This document shows positions 57,215-64,000 of a stretch of DNA of 64,000 bases, in pieces (within the stretch, counting starts at the first letter, position 1; the number at the start of each line of letters is the position of its first letter). The DNA is taken from the NCBI RefSeq assembly GCF_009914755.1, contig NC_060935.1. The stretch is one strand, 5' to 3'. This DNA is from the human T2T-CHM13v2.0 reference genome, Homo sapiens. Under the pieces are notes generated by a model. The model saw only the letters and a list, made by a program, of their open reading frames with translations. It had not been told where the DNA came from and made no database searches. A program made the translations under genes and the position numbers.

Positions 57215-57655
57215 ACTCTCACATTTGTTGACTTTTCTCCATCTCCATTGCCATCACCTGAGGCCACACTATCATCATTCTCTTCCAGGGGTACTGTAAC
57301 AGTCTCCAAATCTGTCTCCCTGAATACAGTCTTAGCTCTCTAATCCATCCTCCATTCTGCAGTGAACGTGAGCTTTCTAAAGCATGCGTTTGATCGTGGC
57401 ATTGCACTTAGTGAACCCCTTTAAAGGTTGTCTGATACTTTTTGAATAAAATATAAAGTCCCCAACATAGCTTCAGGGCTTTAATGTTATAGCTCTGTCT
57501 ACCTTTCCAAGATCGTATCTTATGTCTCTGTTCCTTCTTTATGTTCCAAATATACTGAACTCTCTGTCAGTTCCTTGAACATGGTCCTAACCTCTGGGTC
57601 ACTCTTACTCCTGCTTAGAACACTCTTCCTTTCCTCATTCAGCCTTGCCTGGCTC
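57215..57655. mobile_element. L2 LINE remnant
   Basis: TTCTCCATCTCCATTGCCATCACC...TACTGTAACAGTCTCC...AATCCATCCTCCATTCTGCAG...CTTTCTAAAGCATG. Confidence 0.7.
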
Positions 57656-58169
57656 ACTCTTTGTAATAGGCAAGATATTGCTAGCGGCTGTAAAAGACAA
57701 ATCCAAAAATCTCAGAGACTTACCACAGTGAGAATGTATTTCTCATTTGCTTCAGAGTACAGTGATAGTATTTCTAGTTGGGAGGCCTTTTTGTGGCCAT
57801 TCAGGGGCTCACACTCTATCCATCTCCATGGCTTCACCATCATGTAAGTCCTTGGAGATGCCTCCATTCAGTGGATCATGGGGAAAGAGAGAAAATGAAG
57901 AACCTCATGACTAAGTGTGAAAGTTGTGTGCTTCACTTACACACACACACACACACACACCTCCACCACATAGTCACTCAACATTATAGGTGAAACTGGA
58001 AAATATAGTCTATCAGTGTATCTATAGGAAACAGAAATGGAAGTCTCCACCACAGAACTTATACATTTTTAGGCCTTAGCTGTGACCGCCTTTCAGAGTA
58101 TGACTTTGATTCTCTGCTCCCAAGTCTGTTTAGGTAATCCTTTTGGTACTCTCAAACTAGCATGTTTTC

Positions 58170-58440
58170 TAAGAGGCATAGAGCGTAGAAGCTAAAAATG
58201 CAGGTTTTGGAACTCATATGACTTTGCATCCCACCTCCGTTATTGATTAGTTATTGGATTTGAGCAAGTTACTTAATCATGTTATGGGCCTAATTACCTT
58301 TTTTGTAAAACTTGGGTATGAGTAGTGCTCCAGGGGTTGTGATGAGGACTAAATGAGATCATGCACATAGGGCAATTAGTGGTCATATACATATGCACTC
58401 ACGTGTATACAAAGTAAATGTTTAATAAATATTAGTACTT
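58170..58440. mobile_element. MIR SINE
   Basis: TTGAGCAAGTTACTTAATC...TGTAAAA...GGGTTGTGATGAGGACTAAATGAGATCATGCAC. Confidence 0.7.
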
Positions 58441-58780
58441 GTACTTCTTTTGTTTATCGATTATGGCACATATCAGTCTATAAAGTAAATGTTTGTTGAC
58501 TGGCCTGTTGAGTGTCATTCTGGAGCTTGCTCACAAGAGCCCATTGTATACATCTATTCTCAACTCCACTCTAAGTTACCTCATATTGGTAGCTTGAAAT
58601 TGGCCATTGTGTGTGTATTTACACCACATAAATAGGCAAACACTATAAAATTTCAAGTTGTAGTTGTTCTTTTAACCTGTATACCACTGCTTCTGCATGC
58701 ATTCCTTATTTGGTTCTGTGGGCGAAGTTCTATGGAGGCAAAGCCCAGCACAGTGCCTCACACATAGTGAGTACTCAATA

Positions 58781-59306
58781 ATTATATTTTGAGCGACTGA
58801 TTGAAAGTGTTGGGAGAATACAAACTGAAGAACTGTGGAGAGAGTGGAGCAAAGTAGTGTATGCACTGTATCTATTTCCTTTCCAAAATTCTAAGCAACA
58901 GAAGATTGAAGAGTTACCCAGTTTCCAAAGACTTACCCAACAGTATAAGGACATTTCTTAATTGAGTTGATTAGGAAGCCAAAAATAGAAGCAGTGCGGC
59001 CAGAATGCAGTAATAACATGTTTGTGTTCCCTAGTTATCACAGAGACATGCAAGATGGGATAAAAGTGAAGCTTCTTAGAGCATGAGATTCTGTCATTTA
59101 CGACATCATGAATGGAACTGGAGATCATTATGTTAAGAGAAATAAGCTAAGCACAGAAAGACAAACATCACATGTTCTCACTTATTTGTTGCTCAGAACT
59201 TTTCGAAGGAAGTAGATGTGTTGCATGCACTGCTTTGCTCCACCCTCTCTACAGTTCTTCAGTTTGTATTCCTCCAACACTTTAAATCAGTCTCTCAAAA
59301 TATAAT
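58781..59306. repeat. 120-bp imperfect inverted repeat (arms 58781-58900 and 59187-59306)
   Basis: Manual ungapped alignment of arm 1 to the reverse complement of arm 2: 102/120 identical. Confidence 0.95.
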
Positions 59307-59510
59307 CAAAAATAAAAATCAAAACAGTTGAACTCAGAGAGTAGGAGAATGGTTACCGGAGGCTGGGAAGGGTGAGTGGGGGAGAAGGAGGGAATGGTTA
59401 ATGAATGCAAAAAAATTGTTAGAAAGAATGAATAAGACCTACTATTTGGTAGCACAACAGGTTGATATAGTCAATAATAACTTAATAGTACATTTAAAAA
59501 ATAAGCAAAG
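59083..59510 (+). mobile_element. L1MA 3'UTR fragment interrupted by the inverted copy
   Basis: GAACTGGAGATCATTATGTTAAG...CATGTTCTCACTTATTTGT, then the insert, then AAAATCAAAACAGTTGAACTC...GAATGAATAAGACCTACTATTTG. Confidence 0.85.
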
Positions 59511-60549
59511 TTTCTTAAGAAAAATGAGCTGGTAATTTCCTGAGAAATATAATAGAAGCAATGCAATGTAGAATAAAACACCATAACTGATCTTGTGTGG
59601 AGTTTCATCCACTGTAATGTTTTGGCAAGTTGAATTGACTAGTTTCATTTTCCAGTAATTGTTTTCCATGTTTCACTTGGTGCCAGGATCAGCTTGAGTG
59701 ACTCCCTTTATTTTATACTTGGTAATTTTGAGGAGAGGGCTATTTATTAATTTATCATTGCAACTCATTCTGGAAAGTATCATAGTGTTTAGGGGCAGAA
59801 GACCTTAAGCAGTTCCCTGGTTTTCTCCTCTGCCCCCAGTGAAGGTATCAGGCTCACCTTTTCTTTCTCAGGGCATCTGGCTCATATTCAATAAATATTT
59901 TAAAGACTTATATTAGCCAATTACACCAGAATCCTTTTAATACAAACGGCAGTCTAATCAATTGTAAGAGATAAACAGCAGCTTTCCCATACTCACCCAT
60001 CTATATAAAGGGTTTGCTTTTTTCCTCCCTCCCACCCTCCCTCCTTCCCTTCTTTCTTTCTTCCTTTTATTTTAAACATTTCAACCTAACCCCATGTCTA
60101 TTACTTCACATATGTGACTTAGTACAGGTGGCCAGTGAGGGTTAGATTTTATTCTTCATCACCTCAAATGCAGTATTTTATGTACATAAAGACCACTTAT
60201 TTCAACTTCTACTCATTTTCTCTGAATTTCAAAAATCCAATGCCCCATCCTTTTGTGTTATAAGTTCTACAACACTCTCAATCTCTGTTATATGAAAGGA
60301 GTCTCCTCATAGCAGTCATTGCTTTATGTTGAAATTTCTTCTCAACCTGTCTCTCCTGTTCTCAAGAAATTCACAACCTAGAAAGAGAATTTTGTTTTAT
60401 TGCTCTTGGTTTTTCCTGAACAGAAGGCAATATCTGGCACATAGGAGCTCTATAAATATGTCTTGAATGCCTGTATGTTTCATCAGTGAAAGAGAAGGCT
60501 GAGCCTTGTAGTACTTTTATATGCCCGTTAGTGCCGAGTATATAGAGTT

Positions 60550-60730
60550 CTTAGACACTGAAGGAAATTTAGAAATCTTTTAGGCCCCCAAATTCTCTCT
60601 TTTATACATAAGACAACTGAAGGCTCAAAGATCTTGACTAGGTTTCCTGAGGTCACACAACTTATAAGTGGCAGAGCTGAGATTTGAACCCAGTCTCCTT
60701 GTCCCAAGCTGAACTCTTTCTATAATCACT
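60550..60730. mobile_element. MIR SINE
   Basis: ACTGAAGGCTCAAAG...AGGTCACACAACTTATAAGTGGCAGAGCTGAGATTTGAACCCAGTCT. Confidence 0.75.
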
Positions 60731-62142
60731 ACAGCCGCTCTGTCTACTGCTGGGCGTATTCTGATGGATGGTGCTAGGTAGACTATGGTGATGCAGAAGA
60801 ACTGATTAGGTCCCTTTTGGGGGTGAGTGCATCCTCTAAGAGTCCATTTAGCAGAAGAATAGCCATGAATTACTATTCTGAGGTTACAAAGGAGTGTCCA
60901 TTTCTACAGGAAAGGGAATATACCATCAAATGGAGTCTAACTTATACTAATTACTGCTCCTTCTGATCCATTACTTCAGCTTTCGAGTTTATCCTCCAAA
61001 GCACAAAAGAAAAGAGACTGAAAAAGAATTCATTATTTAGAAAATTTAATCCAATCTGAAGCTGTGAAAATGCCAGTCTTGTTCCTATTAAGGGAGGAAA
61101 TATCCATTTACTAGGATATTAAAATAGTTGCTATTTGCCTTTCTTTCAAATGGACTTTAAAAATACTCTGATGAGAGAATACAGCCACAGAAGAAACATG
61201 TCTGTCCAATCACAAGCACAGACAAGAATAAGCTAAAGATTAGAAAACTCTAGCAGGAAAATTACCTAACAACTAAGCCTGCCCCCACTCTGATTGATGT
61301 GCTCAGAATTTCCATTATTGAACTGAGCTACCACTGTGCTCTTTTGGCGTTTTCAAGTGCAGTACCTAGTGATTACGGGGTGTTTTTGTTTTTGTTTGTT
61401 TGTTTTGTTAAGCAAGATAATTCCCCAGGAGATAAGGATTCTGTCTGATGCATACTGTCTGATCAGAAACAAGAAAAATGATTCTAAAATACATGATTGT
61501 TTATGAGAGTCTTCCATAATTGAAATGAAGGGAAGGGAAGACATACAACATTTTTGCTGATGCTTTTTATTCCCCCCAAATTCAGGGCTACTGGACACTG
61601 TGTGACAGTATGTACTTGACAAGCTCAGCATGATAAAGAATAGTACAAGGAGGCTGTCAAGATGGCATGGCCCTCCTTTAGATGTTCCTTGATCCTTCGA
61701 CAACTTTTAGGCACACATTGTAGGTCCCCAAGTCATTTCAGATTCACCAATATATCTGAGTGACAATCCATGAACTATATTTCTTTTGTATTCTTCCATT
61801 AAACATAGCACACAGCTTAGTACATAGATGGTGCTCAATAAATAATTGCTAGATTATCAAATAAGTCCTCTATATGATCTTGTCTTTAAAGTGCTTTCAT
61901 TGACATTAATCTACTTGATCTATACTTCAGCCTTGAGATGTGGGATCTATTGATGTCATTTTACAACTGTGGAAGTTGAGCTTCAGTGAGATTTCATGAC
62001 TTATCCAAAAAAGACATGAAGAAGCAATTCACAAAGAAGCATAAAAATAAGCATGATTAAATATTTGCAATTTCATTAATAATACAAATGCAACTAAATA
62101 GAATATACCATTTTCAGTCATCATATTAGCAAATATTTGGGC

Positions 62143-62497
62143 TTTTTATTATAAATTTAAGGGGTACAAGTGCAGTTTTGTTACATGAATATATTGCATC
62201 ATGAAGTCTGAGCTTTTAGTGTAACCATCACCTGAGTAATGTACTTTCTACCCACTAAGTAATTTCTCATTCCTTCCACTTTCCCACCCTCCCACCCTTC
62301 CAAGTCTCCAATGTCTATTATTCCATACTCTTATGTCTATGTGTACACAATGTAATATTTAGCTCCCACTTAATAAGTGAGAACATGTGGTATTTCACTT
62401 TCTGTGTCTGAGCTGTTTTAGTTAATATAATGACCTCCAGTTCCATCCATGTTCCTGAAAAAGACATAATTTTATACTTTTTTATCTGAATAGTATT

Positions 62498-62544
<47 letters not shown>

Positions 62545-63390
62545 TTAGGTGGATTCCATATCTTTGTTATTGTGAATAGTTCTGCAATAAACATACAACT
62601 ACAGGTTTTTTTAAATATATAATAATTTCCTTTGGGTAGATTCTTAGTAGTGAGATTGCTAGGTCAAATGGAGCTCTACTTTTAGTTCTTTAAGAAATCT
62701 TCACACTGTTTTCCATAGAGGTTGTACTAATTTACATTCCCGTAAACAGTGTACAAGTGTTAATTCTTCTCGGCATTCTTGCCAACATCTGTTATTTTTT
62801 GACTTTTTAATAGTAGACATTCTAATTGGTATAATATATTTCATTGTGATTTTAATTTGCCTTTCTCTGATGATTGGTGATGTTGAGTTTTTTTCAAACT
62901 CTTCTTGGCCATTTTTATGTCTTCTTTTGAAAAATGTCTATGTCCTTTGCCCACTTTTTAATGGAATTATTTGTTCTTTGTGGTGGTGGTTGTTGAGTTG
63001 CTTGAGTTCCTTGTAAATTTAGGACATTAGTCCCCTGTCATACGCATAGTTTTCAAATATTTCTCCCATTTTGCAGGTTGTTTCTTCACTATTTCTTTTG
63101 CTGCGTAGAAGCTTTTTAGTTCGATTAAGTCTCATCTGTCTATTTTTGTTTTTGTTGCTTGTGCTTTTGAGATCTTAGTTATAAATTCTTTGCTAGACCA
63201 ATGTCCAGTAGAGTTTTTCCTATGTTTTCTTCTAGTATTTTTATAGTTTTAAGTCTTATATTTAAGTCATTAATATATCTTGCACTGATTTTTGTATATG
63301 GTCAGAGATAGGGATCCAGTTTCATTCTTCTGCATATGGCAGTCCAGTTTTCCCAGCACCATCAATTTTAAAGGGTATCTTTTCCACAAA
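62143..63390 (-). mobile_element. L1MA 3' portion with internal (GT)n at about 62500-62540, nested in an older plus-strand L1ME remnant (about 62010-62140 and 63390-63995)
   Basis: GGGGTACAAGTGCAGTTTTGTTACATG 3' end; antisense ORF2 to CAGTTTTCCCAGCACCAT; degenerate sense L1 sequence on both flanks. Confidence 0.85.
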
Positions 63391-64000
63391 TACTGGATAT
63401 TGATAGAAACATGGAAAAACAGAAGCTCTTGAATACTTTTAGTGTGAGTATAAATTAATACAACCATTTCAGAGGTCAATTTGTCAATAAGTACCACCAT
63501 CCTTGAGAATTTACAAACTATTTGTTCAGGGAATTCTGCTTAAAGACATTTATTTTGAGAAAATAATTACACAAGATATTTGTAAGCATGTTTATTAAAG
63601 CATTGTTTATACCAAAGAAAAATAGATGTAAGCTAGATATCCACCAATGAAACAGTGATTAATCTGCATGTGAATTGGTTAATGTAGGTATATCCATGTA
63701 TTGAAAATTAATATATGTATATCTTGTGTTCATAAGTTAATTAGACTAATTTGATAATATTTATTGGTATAAAAAAGCTTTCATGGCATTATCTCAAGAA
63801 AACAGTTTATGAAATACTTTGTATAATGTGGTTGCTTTTTGTTTGCTGTGGACTTATGTAGATATCACATGCTCATGTGTATATGTTCATGTATAAGGAG
63901 GGATGCACCAACTTATATGTTAACATATCAGCCCTCTGGGTGGTAAGAATTTAGGTTAATTTTATTTTCTTCTTTATTCTTTTCTATATTTTATGTGTGT

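Overview
Primate genomic DNA, almost certainly human: it carries an AluYb8 with its diagnostic 7-bp insertion and a consensus-like AluYc1. It is AT-rich and CpG-poor, with no CpG island and no host protein-coding exon I can recognise, so it is probably intergenic or deep intronic. Much of the window is repeat-derived: a Tigger1 fossil with nested Alus, about 13 Alu/FLAM copies, L1 fragments of several ages, MaLR and ERVL LTRs, an ERVL pol remnant, MER20, MER82, MIR/L2 and long pyrimidine tracts. Nearly all ORFs in the track are repeat or low-complexity translations; the only real protein homologies are fossil L1 ORF2, Tigger1 transposase and ERVL pol. I found no new gene system. The best observations are readable fossils of unusual insertion and repair events. 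(1) An L1 at 45.8-46.4 kb whose 5' junction holds a 46-bp fold-back copy of its own target flank, looped by an inverted L1 ORF2 snippet. (2) An L1PA at 17.5-20.5 kb that combines a twin-priming 5' inversion with a probable 3' transduction and hosts an AluYb8 with poly(A) at both ends. (3) A 120-bp locally templated inverted duplication inside an L1MA at 58.8-59.3 kb. Subfamily names come from remembered consensus sequences, not from a RepeatMasker run, and boundaries of old elements are approximate.
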